A program made the translations under genes and the position numbers. A DNA stretch of 63,976 nt, filler included, from Licmophora abbreviata (Eukaryota), in the NCBI GenBank assembly GCA_900291995.1. It is 20 parts of 20 records of this genome, joined end to end, with 100 filler letters (N's around TTAATTAATTAA, not from the genome) between each part and the next. Parts side by side here need not be neighbours in the genome. Positions count along the whole stretch, not along the records: positions 8,131 to 12,946 come from OLMU01002321.1; positions 13,047 to 14,475 come from OLMU01002322.1; positions 14,576 to 18,748 come from OLMU01002323.1; positions 18,849 to 22,327 come from OLMU01002324.1; 16 more parts are not named here. One strand, written 5' to 3'. Under the pieces are notes generated by a model. The model was not told the origin of the DNA. It searched no databases and saw only the letters and a program-made list of their open reading frames with translations. Positions 10,229 through 20,709 of this stretch are shown piece by piece; positions within the stretch are counted from its first letter, which is position 1; each line of letters begins with the position of its first letter.

Positions 10229-10494
10229 CATGCGGGTTGGGGCTGTGGCCCCTTGAGTGGGCTGCGTTTTTGCAGTGTGCCAGTGAGACCCGGTGCAGGG
10301 GCTGCGGAGGGCGGGCCGCGACCGATTGATCGATGCCTGGCTGTGGATTAACTGCTGGCCCTGCCGCGGGCGGTTGGATGCCCGGAACTGCGCAGATCAA
10401 AGGCGGGTATGGTCGGGAGCCGCTTTTGGAATAGGTGACGCGAAGGTCTGCTTCGAGCCAACGCGGTCATCAGTCGAGAATGCAGCATCCAGTA

Positions 10495-10511
10495 CTAAGG
10501 GCGGGGAGTGG
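10495..10511 (+). repeat. 17-bp imperfect direct repeat, left flank of HNH gene
   Basis: CTAAGGGCGGGGAGTGG vs CTAAGGGCCGAGAGTGG at 11691-11707 (15/17). Confidence 0.6.
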
Positions 10512-10595
10512 CCGTTTGCTGTAGTCGCGATATGCACCCTATCCCCATCAAATAGCACGCCATCGATGTATGGTGCGGTAGCAGGTTTTAAGGCT

Positions 10596-11603
10596 TTATG
10601 CCTGTTTACTCAATCGATTGTCCAAAATTGCTTCGAGTGTAAGCGGCATTTCAAACGAATGGAGTGATTTGTAGTTTCCCAAAAAGACTTCTGGAACTTT
10701 GCAGGCTTCAGTGTATTTTTCTACGCTCGCATTGATCCATGGGCATACCAAAAAGAATTCGCCAAAACCAACAAAACAGACCCCACTCTTCTCACTTACC
10801 AAAATACTGTTCTCATACCCAAAAATTGGCGTCAACATCACCACGTCCACGTCATTCTTTTCAAGAAATCCGTTAACGATGTATCTGGCTGGTTCACTCA
10901 GGGCGTATGTGTATCCAAATTTTGCGAACAAACAAAGAAAAGCATTCTTCAAGAAACCTAAATTTGAGCGGTTTTGGTCGTAGGTAGGCACCTTCAAAAC
11001 GCCGCTAAATGCACTACCGGACGAGTGTGCTTTGGCGAGTCTTTCTTGGGTCTCTAATAGGTGTGAAGGTTTGTTGTTTTTTCCGGCTCGAATATTGATT
11101 CCAGAATCAATTTTCCCTGATATTTGAACGTTCGTAGCTCTTGTAGGGTCTTCACTGAGGGCGATTTGTCCTGGAAAGGGGCTGGGGTCATTTCTTTTGG
11201 GATCAATGAAACGGAAGAACTGTTCTCGGGCGGCGATCTGACTATCCAGCCTAGATCCCAAGTCATTATTACACTTTTTGCACGTAAGGGCGACTATCTT
11301 TCCGCCAATACTGTCTGGAGGCGCATGCTCGAGAGTGAGACGGTAGTCACTTGGAGCTTCTTTTTCGATTGCTCGGGCGTCGTAGTCGACGCAGCAAATT
11401 GGACATTTGTAGAATTCCCCTGTGATCCCAATTCCTTGAAGCGCCCTAACCCCAGAACCGAATAGTGCTCTATGTTTGTATGATATATCACGTGGTCTCA
11501 ATCGGCGCTTCCCAAGTAGCTTTTTCTCACTCCAAAGTTGGTGTTTTTTAGTGGCTTCAAGGCTTTGCTGTCGTGGTATAGGCCATTTTGTCCGCTGACT
11601 CAC
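10596..11603 (-). CDS. Orphan HNH endonuclease with Zn-finger, AT-rich, probably horizontally acquired
   Basis: CPIC ... LTLEHAPPDSIGG ... TCKKCNNDLG. Hand-counted lines are ~40-45% GC. Start uncertain (GTG 11603; frame open to 11678). Confidence 0.8.
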   Translation of the reverse strand: MSQRTKWPIPRQQSLEATKKHQLWSEKKLLGKRRLRPRDISYKHRALFGSGVRALQGIGITGEFYKCPICCVDYDARAIEKEAPSDYRLTLEHAPPDSIGGKIVALTCKKCNNDLGSRLDSQIAAREQFFRFIDPKRNDPSPFPGQIALSEDPTRATNVQISGKIDSGINIRAGKNNKPSHLLETQERLAKAHSSGSAFSGVLKVPTYDQNRSNLGFLKNAFLCLFAKFGYTYALSEPARYIVNGFLEKNDVDVVMLTPIFGYENSILVSEKSGVCFVGFGEFFLVCPWINASVEKYTEACKVPEVFLGNYKSLHSFEMPLTLEAILDNRLSKQA

Positions 11604-11690
11604 GTTTCGTTCGATAAAATGCTGCGCAATGTACGAGTAATCGTTTTGACGGGCTGCACCGCAGCACTGGGAAGGCACGGTAAACGGCAG

Positions 11691-11707
11691 CTAAGGGCCG
11701 AGAGTGG
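11691..11707 (+). repeat. 17-bp imperfect direct repeat, right flank of HNH gene
   Basis: Pairs with 10495-10511. Confidence 0.6.
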
Positions 11708-12039
11708 TGGTTCGGTTCGAGCAAGCCAAGGTCCGCCAAGACCCGCTTGGCAGACACGGATTGGTCTCGCAGCATGCGCCTGCTCTGCCCTTTCGGCAGT
11801 GCGATGTGAGCGGGCACACCCAATGTTCGTACAAGATGCGGCTCGCGACTGCACAGAGACCACAGCGATTTGCCATGACCCGCGCGAAGGGGGCGTATGC
11901 GGATGGAAAAATGCCTCGGATCACGTGCGAGATGACGCCGTCGCATGGCGCGGCGTCCGGCGGAGGGACCAAGGACGCTCGCCCCTGATCTGCGCGACCA
12001 TCGCCGATGGGGCTCGGCGTGGCGAGGGGCGTGATGCGA

Positions 12040-12825
12040 TCACCGAGGGTATGAGCCCAGGTCGCCCCGGCGCAGATCTCCGCCTTCGACGACTTCGACA
12101 TACACGCCCATATCCATGTGACCCAGATGCTTGCGCAGCAGATAAGGAACCTTCAGGTCGCGCTCTGCGGTCTCGGGGTTCACCTCGGTTGCGGCGCAGC
12201 GTTTCGTCCGCGAGATAATGCGAAACGTCACGCTGCCGAGTGTAAAGAGCGCTCCCACGCCCTCCAGCTCTGCATAGGCCGGCACCCCATCAATCACCAG
12301 GTTGGCCCGGAACCGCGCGGGATGGACCGCTTCGCCGATCTGCGCCTCGAAGGCGCGGACAGAGGCCAGGTTCAAAACTGAAATCGCGTTCATCATGGCG
12401 GGTGAGATGACCGAGACGTCGGTAAATCGGTGGGGCGCGGAAGAGACGAAGCCCGGCAATTCGGGATCCGACAGATGGAGCACGTCGCTCAAGAAGGACG
12501 CGGCGTCCACCTTTTCTGCCGCATCGCGCATGTCGAAGCGGCGCGACTGATCTTGCGTGGCGATGCTCAGGGTTTGCGTGGCACTGTCAAAACGGGTCTG
12601 TAACCCTGCCAATCCGGCCTCGTTCAGCAGAACGACGAAATTTTCTTTGGGCAATGGCTGGGGATTTTCCGGATCAAAACCGGAATTGTACCGCGCAAAT
12701 CCGAACAGCCGGTCGCCTGGCATCCCTTCCCCGGCGCTCAGAGTGACGGCTGTCACAGGCTCCTCACTCAGTCCCTTCACCGGAAAGCGGTACATTTGCT
12801 CCAAAGTGATGGGGGTGACTGTCAT
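12040..12825 (-). CDS. MOSC-domain protein (Moco sulfurase C-terminal / YcbX-like)
   Basis: YRFPVKGL, DRLF, RFRANLVIDG, conserved RCAAT and MGVY.EVVEGG. Confidence 0.88.
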   Translation of the reverse strand: MTVTPITLEQMYRFPVKGLSEEPVTAVTLSAGEGMPGDRLFGFARYNSGFDPENPQPLPKENFVVLLNEAGLAGLQTRFDSATQTLSIATQDQSRRFDMRDAAEKVDAASFLSDVLHLSDPELPGFVSSAPHRFTDVSVISPAMMNAISVLNLASVRAFEAQIGEAVHPARFRANLVIDGVPAYAELEGVGALFTLGSVTFRIISRTKRCAATEVNPETAERDLKVPYLLRKHLGHMDMGVYVEVVEGGDLRRGDLGSYPR

Positions 12826-13155
12826 GGCTGCCTCCTGTGTCGCACGCTCTTTTGGTTTCCATGCCTGCGGGCCTTTGGCAAGCCTTGGTCCGGGTCGGGC
12901 AGATGTTTCTCATGGCGCGTACAAAGCCATGACTTGATCGCATGAGNNNNNNNNNNNNNNNNNNNNNNNNNNNNNNNNNNNNNNNNNNNNTTAATTAATT
13001 AANNNNNNNNNNNNNNNNNNNNNNNNNNNNNNNNNNNNNNNNNNNNCCATGACTTGATCGCATGAGACTTGCCTGAAAAAACGCCGCTGCAACAACGGGC
13101 ATCGCCTAACAGGGCTTTTCAGGGGCGCAGGTCAGGTCGCTTTACATGAAGCTGA

Positions 13156-13183
13156 AGGTCTCCGTTGAAACCGGGGACATTCA
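13156..13183. mobile_element. Orphan IS3-family-like terminal inverted repeat (IS remnant)
   Basis: Reverse complement TGAATGTCCCCGGTTTCAACGGAGACCT resembles IS51/IS629-type ends (TGAACCGCCCCGG...GGAGAC). No transposase nearby. Confidence 0.55.
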
Positions 13184-13219
13184 AATGGTCGATTTGCGAC
13201 ACTGCAGCAAGACGATAGC

Positions 13220-14107
13220 TCAATCAGGAACGATGACGCCCGCTTTCTTCAGTTTGTGTTCTGGCTCCACGTGAATTGTGACCTTCGCATCATCCAGAAG
13301 CTCTTTCAGAGCTTTCTCGATCCGGTCGCAAATCTCATGCGCTTGGAACACTGTCGTTTCGCCCGGCACCACCAAGTGAAAATCGATAAACGTAGCCACG
13401 CCGGCATGACGCGTCCGAAGGTCGTGGGCCTCCATCGCTCCGCCAGCCTCCGACGCGATTGTCTTTCGGATATCGGCCAATGTCTGCTCTGACACGGCCT
13501 CGTCCATGAGGCCACCGACAGACTCCTTGACGATCTTCGAGCCTGACCAGAGGATATTGACGGCCACAAGGGCAGCCATGAGCGGGTCAAGTATCCACCA
13601 CCCTGTCACAATAGCAAGAACAAGCCCTGTGGCGACCCCGACAGAGGACAGAACATCCGTCACCAAATGTTTCCCGTCTGCCACCAGCGCCAGAGATTTT
13701 TGCGTCCGCCCACGGGTGATCAGCACCCATGCCCACACTCCGTTTATACCGGTCGCCAACATGTTCACGACAAGTCCCTCGACCGGCGCATCGATGGTCA
13801 TCGGTTCGATGACCCCTTGATAAGCCTCTCGAAAGATGAGCAGCGCGGCAACAATGATCATCACGCCTTCGATGACAGCACTGAAGAACTCTGCCTTGTG
13901 ATGACCATAAGGGTGATCTGCATCAGCGGGTTTCGCAGCAATCCGAATGGCGATCAGGGCGGCAAACGCCGTTGCCACATTGACCGTGCTTTCCAATGCG
14001 TCGGACAAAAGCGCAACCGAGCCTGTCATCCAGTAGGCGACCACTTTCAGACCCAAAACCGCAAAACCGACGAAGATGCTGCCAATTGCAAGCTTGAGAG
14101 TCGTCAT
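13220..14107 (-). CDS. Cation diffusion facilitator (CDF; FieF-like) transporter
   Basis: GSVALLSDALES, PAD..HPYGH.KAE, six TM segments, C-terminal HDLRTR...IHVEP domain. Confidence 0.9.
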   Translation of the reverse strand: MTTLKLAIGSIFVGFAVLGLKVVAYWMTGSVALLSDALESTVNVATAFAALIAIRIAAKPADADHPYGHHKAEFFSAVIEGVMIIVAALLIFREAYQGVIEPMTIDAPVEGLVVNMLATGINGVWAWVLITRGRTQKSLALVADGKHLVTDVLSSVGVATGLVLAIVTGWWILDPLMAALVAVNILWSGSKIVKESVGGLMDEAVSEQTLADIRKTIASEAGGAMEAHDLRTRHAGVATFIDFHLVVPGETTVFQAHEICDRIEKALKELLDDAKVTIHVEPEHKLKKAGVIVPD

Positions 14108-14335
14108 AGCTCTGGCCCTTTCTGTCGCTCGGACATCAGGTAGAGGAGCTGCCCGAGGTGCGCAAGGAACTGACTTTAGAAACAAAAATCATACGCGACA
14201 CGGGGTCCTAGCATATGCCCTAAAGCCGCGTTTCGCGACATCGGTTTTGGTGTGAACAGCCGACCCTGGCGCATATTGGCGCATGTCCGGTTTTGCACCA
14301 ATCGTGACGGCGGTGAGGGGGTGCCGCAGGTTTGA

Positions 14336-14409
14336 GGGGGCCAGCCCCCGCCGTTGAAATCCCATGGGATTTCAACGACTCCCCCCGGGATATTTGGGGC
14401 CAGAAGAAA
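14336..14409 (+). repeat. Palindromic intergenic repeat, family A, long form
   Basis: Near-identical to 10153-10228 and in the same orientation. Confidence 0.9.
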
Positions 14410-14575
14410 CCTGTGGGGAGGGGGCGTTTGGCCCGGCGGGCGCTGTCAGAGCCAGACGAGGGTTGCTGCGGCGAGNNNNNNNNNNNNNNNNNNNNNNNNN
14501 NNNNNNNNNNNNNNNNNNNTTAATTAATTAANNNNNNNNNNNNNNNNNNNNNNNNNNNNNNNNNNNNNNNNNNNN

Positions 14576-15241
14576 GGAGAAGTCCGACGACAGCGCCGCC
14601 TCGGCCTCGGACCAGCGGAACACGCCTTCTTCGGAGGCGCCGGTCACCGCGACGCGCACGCCGCCGTCGTATTGCGCGACGAACACGCCCACCAGGGCGA
14701 AGCGCGAGGCGGGTTGCTCGAACTTCATGTAGGCGGCCTTTTGCGGCACGGGGAATTTCACCTCGGTGATGATCTCGCCCTCGTCCAGAGCGGTGGCGAA
14801 CATGCCCTGGAAATAGTCATCGGCGGGGATATCGCGGCTGTTGGTCACGATCACCGCGCCCGAGCCGAGGGCCGCCGCCGGATAGCAGGCCGAGGGGTCG
14901 TTATTGGCAAGGCTGCCACCGATCGTGCCGCGATTGCGCACCGCCGGGTCACCGATATGCGAGGCCAGCGCCGCCAGCGCGGGGTATTTGCCCGCACCGG
15001 AGGCCACCTCGGCATGGGTGGTGCCCGCGCCGATGCAGATGCGGCCGGAATCATCCTCGCAGATGCCCTTGATCTCATCGATGCCGGTCAGGCTGATGAG
15101 GGTCTCGGGGCTGGCGAGGCGCTGCTTGAGGGTGGGGATCAGCGTCTGGCCACCGGACAGGGGCTGATTTTCCTCGGAGGCGACGAGCAGCTTGACCGCG
15201 TCGGCCACCGTCGTGGGGCGTTCTATGTCGAATGCATACAT
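14576..15241 (-). CDS. coxM: Molybdo-hydroxylase FAD-binding medium subunit (form II CoxM), 3' end in gap
   Basis: LSGGQTLIP and VRNRGTIGGSLANNDP motifs; downstream of coxL. Confidence 0.88.
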
Positions 15242-15254
15242 GGTCTGGTCCTTC

Positions 15255-17624
15255 TCAACCTGCTGACTGGATCGCCTGCCACACCCGCGAGGGCGAGACG
15301 GGCATATCGACGTGATCCACCTTGATGCCACCCGATTGCAGGGCGTCGATCACCGCGTTGACCACCGTGGGCGTGGAGCCGATGGCCCCCGCCTCGCCGC
15401 AGCCTTTCACCCCAAGGGGGTTATGCGTGCAAGGCGTGCCGTTGGAATGGTCGATCGAGAAGAACGGCACATCATCGGCGCGCGGCATGGCGTAATCCAT
15501 GTAGCTGGCCGACAGAAGCTGACCGTTCTCGTCATAGGTGCAGTTTTCCAACAGCGCCTGCCCGATCCCTTGCGTCAGGCCGCCATGCACCTGACCATCG
15601 ACGATCATCGGGTTGATGACATTGCCGAAATCATCCGCCGTGGTGAAGCGGGCGATGGTGACCTTGCCGGTTTCGGGATCCACCTCGACCTCGCAGGCAT
15701 AGGCGCCGGCGGGATAGGTGAAGTTGTTGGGATCGTAGAAGGCGGTTTCCTCGAGCCCGGGCTCCAGATCCTCGAGCGGGTAGTTGTGCGGGACGTAAGC
15801 CGCCAGCGTCACATCCCCCCAGGCCAGCGACTTGTCGGTGCCTGCGACTGTGAACTGGCCATCCTTCAGCTCGATATCCGCCTCGGAGGCTTCGAGCATG
15901 TGAGAGGCAATCTTCTTGGCCTTGGCGATGATCTTTTCGGTCGCACGCACCATGGCCGAGCCGCCCACCGCGATCGAGCGAGAGCCATAGGTGCCCATGC
16001 CCATCGGGGTGTTGGCGGTGTCGCCATGTTCGATCTCGATCAGCGAGGCGTCGATGCCCAGCATGTCGGCCACCACCTGCGGGAACACGGTTTCGTGGCC
16101 CTGCCCGTGGCTGTGGCTGCCGGTCATCACGGTGATGCCGCCGGTGGCGTTGACCCGAACGGTGGCGGATTCGTAAAGACCCGCCCGCGCGCCGAGCTGC
16201 CCCACGAGGTTCGAGGGCGCGATGCCACAGGCCTCGATGAAACAGTTGATGCCGAGCCCACGCAGCTTGCCGTTCTTTTTGCTTTCCGCACGGCGGGCGG
16301 CGAAGCCGGCGAAATCGGCGCGCGATTCAAGCTTGTCCATGAGCCGGTGGAAATCACCCGAATCGTATTCCACGGCGACGGGCGTCGCATAGGGGAATTC
16401 GGTGATGAAGTTCTGCCGGCGCAGCGCGATCGGATCGACGCCCAATTCGCGCGCCGCCTTGTCGATCACGCGTTCCAGCTGATAGGTCGCCTCGGGGCGG
16501 CCGGCGCCGCGATAGGCATCGACCGGCACGGTGTTGGTGAACACCGCCTTGACGTTCACATAGACCAGCGGCGTCTTGTAGTTGCCGGCCATCAGCGTGC
16601 CATGCAGCCATGTGGGGATCGAGGGCGCGAAGGTCGACAGATACGCGCCCATATTCGCATAGGTCATGGTGCGCACGGCGGTGAAATTGTTGTCCGCATC
16701 CAGCGCCAGTTCGATCTTGGTCACGTGGTCACGGGCCTGCGCGTCGCTCAGAAACGCCTCGGAGCGGGTGCAGGTCCATTTGACGGGACGGTTGAGTTCC
16801 TTTGCGGCATAGGTGCAGAACGCCTCTTCGGCGTAATGGTAGATCTTCGAGCCGAAGCCGCCGCCCACATCGGGGGCCACCACGCGCAGCTTGTGTTCGG
16901 GGATACCCAGAACGAAAGCGCCCATCAGAAGCCGGATGACATGCGGGTTCTGCGAGGTGGTGTAAAGCGTATGCTCGCCGGTGCCGCGGTTGAAATCGCC
17001 GACAGCCACGCGCGGTTCCATCGCGTTGGGCACCAGACGGTTGTTGATCAGCTCGACCGTGGTGACATGCGCCGCGTTGCGGATCGCCTCGTCGACGGCG
17101 TCCTTGTTTTCCTCGACGAAGCCCCAGTCGAAACACAGGTTGTCGTCCAGATCGTCATGGACCTTGGTGCTGCCGTCGGTCAGCGCCGCTTTCATGTCGA
17201 TCACGGCGGGCAGCTCTTCGATGTCGAGCTCGATCGCCTCGGCCGCGTCACGGGCCTGTTCGCGGGTCTCGGCCACGACGGCGCAGATCGGATCGCCCAC
17301 ATGGCGCACCTTGCCTTCGGCGAGAACCGGGTGGCGGGGTTCCTTCATGGGATTGCCGAAACGGTCGGTGACCTGCCAGCCGCAGGGGATGCTGCCGGCG
17401 GTTTCGAAATCCTTGCCGGTGAAGATCCGCACGACGCCCGGCATCGCCTCGGCGGCGCTGGTGTCGATGTTGTTGATCCGGCCATGGGCCACATCAGAGC
17501 GCAGGAAATGCACATAGGCCTGTCCGCGCAGGTTGATGTCGTCGGTGTAGTTGCCGGTTCCGGTCAGGAACCGGGCGTCCTCGCGGCGCTTTGTGCTGGC
17601 GCCGATGCCTCCGTCCTTGGGCAT
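15255..17624 (-). CDS. coxL: Molybdopterin-binding large subunit, form II CoxL / xanthine dehydrogenase family
   Basis: VGGGFGSK, active-site AYRGAGR (form II signature), GQGHET and KGCGEAG. Confidence 0.92.
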   Translation of the reverse strand: MPKDGGIGASTKRREDARFLTGTGNYTDDINLRGQAYVHFLRSDVAHGRINNIDTSAAEAMPGVVRIFTGKDFETAGSIPCGWQVTDRFGNPMKEPRHPVLAEGKVRHVGDPICAVVAETREQARDAAEAIELDIEELPAVIDMKAALTDGSTKVHDDLDDNLCFDWGFVEENKDAVDEAIRNAAHVTTVELINNRLVPNAMEPRVAVGDFNRGTGEHTLYTTSQNPHVIRLLMGAFVLGIPEHKLRVVAPDVGGGFGSKIYHYAEEAFCTYAAKELNRPVKWTCTRSEAFLSDAQARDHVTKIELALDADNNFTAVRTMTYANMGAYLSTFAPSIPTWLHGTLMAGNYKTPLVYVNVKAVFTNTVPVDAYRGAGRPEATYQLERVIDKAARELGVDPIALRRQNFITEFPYATPVAVEYDSGDFHRLMDKLESRADFAGFAARRAESKKNGKLRGLGINCFIEACGIAPSNLVGQLGARAGLYESATVRVNATGGITVMTGSHSHGQGHETVFPQVVADMLGIDASLIEIEHGDTANTPMGMGTYGSRSIAVGGSAMVRATEKIIAKAKKIASHMLEASEADIELKDGQFTVAGTDKSLAWGDVTLAAYVPHNYPLEDLEPGLEETAFYDPNNFTYPAGAYACEVEVDPETGKVTIARFTTADDFGNVINPMIVDGQVHGGLTQGIGQALLENCTYDENGQLLSASYMDYAMPRADDVPFFSIDHSNGTPCTHNPLGVKGCGEAGAIGSTPTVVNAVIDALQSGGIKVDHVDMPVSPSRVWQAIQSAG

Positions 17625-17679
17625 GAGGTGTCCTCCCTGTTGGTGGGTCGCGGCGGTGCGCCCGCCGAGCGTTTGTTCG

Positions 17680-18165
17680 TTATTCGGCGGCGATCTTGCT
17701 CACATCCTGCCCGGATGCGGCCATGATCGCTTTCACGATGTTGTGATAGCCGGTGCAGCGGCAGATATTGCCTTCGAGATAGTCGCGAATCTCGGCCTCG
17801 GTCGGGGTCGGGTTTTCGGCCAGAAGGGCCTTGGCCGACATCACCATGCCCGGCGTGCAGAAGCCGCATTGCAGGCCGTGATGCTCGTGAAAGGCCTGCT
17901 GCACGGTGTCGAGCGTGCCATCAGGGGCGGCGACCCCTTCGATGGTCAGAACCTCGGCGCCTTCGGCCTCGGCTGCGAACATCGTGCAGGATTTCACGGC
18001 CTTGCCGTTCACATGCACAACGCAGGCGCCGCATTGGCTGGTGTCGCAGCCGACATGCGTTCCGGTCAGGTTGAGTGTCTCGCGGATAAAGTCGACAAGC
18101 AGCGTGCGGCCTTCGATTTGGCCGGTCGCGGGCTTGCCGTTCACGGTCATGCTGACCTGTGGCAT
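17680..18165 (-). CDS. coxS: (2Fe-2S)-binding small subunit CoxS
   Basis: [18 protein letters not shown] and CRCTGY. Confidence 0.92.
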   Translation of the reverse strand: MPQVSMTVNGKPATGQIEGRTLLVDFIRETLNLTGTHVGCDTSQCGACVVHVNGKAVKSCTMFAAEAEGAEVLTIEGVAAPDGTLDTVQQAFHEHHGLQCGFCTPGMVMSAKALLAENPTPTEAEIRDYLEGNICRCTGYHNIVKAIMAASGQDVSKIAAE

Positions 18166-18247
18166 AGAGTCCTCCCATTTGGCTAGTCATTCGTTAGCTG
18201 AGGTGAGTTAAGCACTTGTCCGCGCGGTTGAGAACCCGGTTTTTCAA

Positions 18248-19013
18248 CTATCCGTCGTCGGGCAGCTCCGACGGCGCCGTGCGGGGGCGGCGTGGCTGGG
18301 GCCGGGTCGGGATTTCCTTGAGCAGACCGCCCACGCCCATCCGCGCGATCACCGCGCTGTCGACCGGCAGACCGCAGGCCACACGCGCCAGAACCCAGTC
18401 GGCGCCATGCAGCACCGGCGAGCGCGCGCTGCCGGGAAGCCCGATCACCGGACGGCTGTCGATCTGGCCTAGAAACAGCAGGTTTCCGGGATCGACCGGC
18501 AGGCCGAAGCGGGTCACCTGCCCGCCTGCCCTGCGCAGCGCCTGAGGCGCGGTGTCTTGCGGGTCGCAGGTGGCCGAGGCGGTGAGGATCAGCACGATCT
18601 CACCGGTGGCGCGGGAAATGGCCTGGGCCAGGGCTGCCTCATCATGGCCGCAGCGCAGGGTCTCGGAGAGCCGCATGCCAAGCCCGGTCAGGCGGTTTTC
18701 CACCGCCTCGACGCCCTTGTCGCCCGGCCCGCCGGGAATTTCTGTCAGNNNNNNNNNNNNNNNNNNNNNNNNNNNNNNNNNNNNNNNNNNNNTTAATTAA
18801 TTAANNNNNNNNNNNNNNNNNNNNNNNNNNNNNNNNNNNNNNNNNNNNACCAAGGCGGGCGACGGTCACCTCATGGATGCCCGCGGCGCGCAGATCGTCC
18901 AGATGCGCCGCTTGCAGCACCACGCCCTTGCGCAACCGCCCGGAGGGCAGCTTGAGCGAATGGGCGAGGATCGCGCCCTCGGCCTCGGTCAGCGGGACGG
19001 GGCCGAATTTCAT
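18248..19013 (-). CDS. Molybdopterin-binding (MoeA/MocA-N-like) protein, interrupted by gap 18749-18848
   Basis: MKFGPVPL.EAEGAILAHS; GLPVDPGNLL, IGLPGSARSP and MGVGGLLKEIPTRPQPR. Confidence 0.8.
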
Positions 19014-20011
19014 GCCCCGCGCCTCAGCACCGCGATGATCTGCGCGAGGATGCTGACGGCGATCTCGGAGGGGCTGGCGGCGCCGATATCAAGCCCGACG
19101 GGGCCATGAATGCGGGCGATCCGGGCCTCGTCATAGCCCGCCGCGCGGAACCGCTCGACCCGCTTGGCATGGGTCCGGGTGGAGCCGAGCGCGCCGATAT
19201 AGAACACGTCCGAGGCAAGCGCCTGTTGCAGGGCGGGATCGTCAAGCTTGGGGTCATGGGTCAGCAGCACAAGCGCCGTGCGGGCATCGAGACCGAAGGC
19301 CTGCACGCCCTCGTCGGGCCAGTCGTTCAGGATCGTCTCGCCGGGAAAGCGCGCCGCATTGCCGAAGCTTTCGCGCGGATCGATCAGCAGCGGATCGAAG
19401 CCCGCGATCCGCGCCATCGGCACCAGCGCCTGCGCGATATGCACCGCCCCCACGATGATCAGGCGCAAGGGCGGGTTGTGAATGGCCACGAAGGTCGCGC
19501 CATCCGCCTCGAAGCCCGACCGGTCCATGCGGAACCGCTCGGCATGGCCGTCCCTTTCGAGCCGCCGCTCGACGGTCAGCCCCGTGACATAGGCCACCGG
19601 CACGCGGGATTGGCGGGCCAGCACCAGATCTTCCAGCAACGCCACCGGCATCACCGAGCCGATGGGCTCCACCAGCACCCGGATCGTGCCGCCGCAGGCC
19701 AGACCCACGGCAAAGGCATCGCCGTCGCTGACGCCGTATTCCAGCATGACGGGCTTGCCCGCCTCGATCGCGTCCAGAGCCTCGGCCACCACGGCGCCTT
19801 CGACGCAGCCGCCCGAAACCGAGCCCGCGATCTCGCCCGCGCCCGAGATGGCCAGCTGACTGCCCACGCGGCGCGGGGCGCTGCCCCATGTCTCGACCAC
19901 GGTGGCCAGCGCCGCGCCCTTGCCCGCGCGGTGCCACGCCAGCGCGGTTTCGGGGATGTCGTCAAATCTGCCAGTCGTCCTCTGGTCGGTCGTCATCTGG
20001 TCGGTCGTCAT
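19010..20011 (-). CDS. XdhC/CoxI/CoxF-family Moco chaperone
   Basis: TVVETWGSAPR, GSVSGGCVE, GLACGG, THDPKLDD and GPVGLDIGA. Confidence 0.92.
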   Translation of the reverse strand: MTTDQMTTDQRTTGRFDDIPETALAWHRAGKGAALATVVETWGSAPRRVGSQLAISGAGEIAGSVSGGCVEGAVVAEALDAIEAGKPVMLEYGVSDGDAFAVGLACGGTIRVLVEPIGSVMPVALLEDLVLARQSRVPVAYVTGLTVERRLERDGHAERFRMDRSGFEADGATFVAIHNPPLRLIIVGAVHIAQALVPMARIAGFDPLLIDPRESFGNAARFPGETILNDWPDEGVQAFGLDARTALVLLTHDPKLDDPALQQALASDVFYIGALGSTRTHAKRVERFRAAGYDEARIARIHGPVGLDIGAASPSEIAVSILAQIIAVLRRGA

Positions 20012-20063
20012 GGGGAGCCTCCTTGGGGCGCACTATGGGATGCGCGCTTGTGGGGCACAAACG

Positions 20064-20097
20064 AAAAAGGCCGCCCCCCGGGATGGGAGGGCGGCCT
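20064..20097 (-). terminator. Rho-independent terminator after the YeeE/YedE pair
   Basis: AGGCCGCCC...GGGCGGCCT hairpin with an A5 run on + (U-tract on -). Confidence 0.75.
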
Positions 20098-20124
20098 GTC
20101 GGGCGCGCGCTCAAGCCTTGGGGG

Positions 20125-20706
20125 TTACTCGGCTGGCGCGACCGCCTGTCCTGCGCCGCGGAGACGCTCGGGCAGGACAAAGGCCACGGCGATAAACATC
20201 GCCCCCATCACGATCCCGACGATATCGCCGGAGATGGTCGTCAAGGCAGGGTAATCGGCACCGGGAATCGCACCAAGTGTCAACTTGTCACCCTCCAGAA
20301 GGCCCGCCGCCTTCCACATCGGGTAGCTGACCATATAGGCCGCAGCCCCCAAGAGGCCGCCGGCGATAAAGAACCACGCGTCCTTGCGCCCGGTGGCCGC
20401 GGCACAAACGCCGGTGCCGGGGCAATAGCCCGACGCGGCCCAGCCCACGCCCAGCATCAGACCGCCGATGAACACGCCGGCATAGGCGGTCTTGACGCTC
20501 ATGTGGCCGACATCGACGAGGCCCAGCATCTGGCCTGCGAACATCAGCACCGAGGCGGTGCCGATCGCCAGAAGGATGGTCTTCATAAGGTGCAGATTGG
20601 TCAGGGACAGCATCTTGCCGATCCAGTTGGGATTAGTGGCGCCGATACGGTCAAGCACCGCGCCGAACGCGGCGCCGATCACAAGTGCGAGCAGAATGGA
20701 TGTCAT
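20125..20706 (-). CDS. YeeE/YedE-family sulfur-compound transporter subunit
   Basis: Hydrophobic protein with GGLMLGVGWAASGYCPGTG. Confidence 0.85.
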   Translation of the reverse strand: MTSILLALVIGAAFGAVLDRIGATNPNWIGKMLSLTNLHLMKTILLAIGTASVLMFAGQMLGLVDVGHMSVKTAYAGVFIGGLMLGVGWAASGYCPGTGVCAAATGRKDAWFFIAGGLLGAAAYMVSYPMWKAAGLLEGDKLTLGAIPGADYPALTTISGDIVGIVMGAMFIAVAFVLPERLRGAGQAVAPAE

Positions 20707-20709
20707 GGC

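Noticed and set aside
14446..14475. Possible C-terminus (LAAATLVWL-stop) of a minus-strand membrane gene at a contig end
   Set aside because: Only about 10 codons are visible, so it cannot be assigned.
15255..17624. Bona fide (form I) CO dehydrogenase
   Set aside because: Active-site motif is AYRGAGR and gene order is S-L-M.
15312..17726. Long antisense ORFs (e.g. 15312-17726, 34305-36656, 1104-2969, 61019-62869)
   Set aside because: Shadow frames of well-supported genes in high-GC DNA, with no recognisable motifs.
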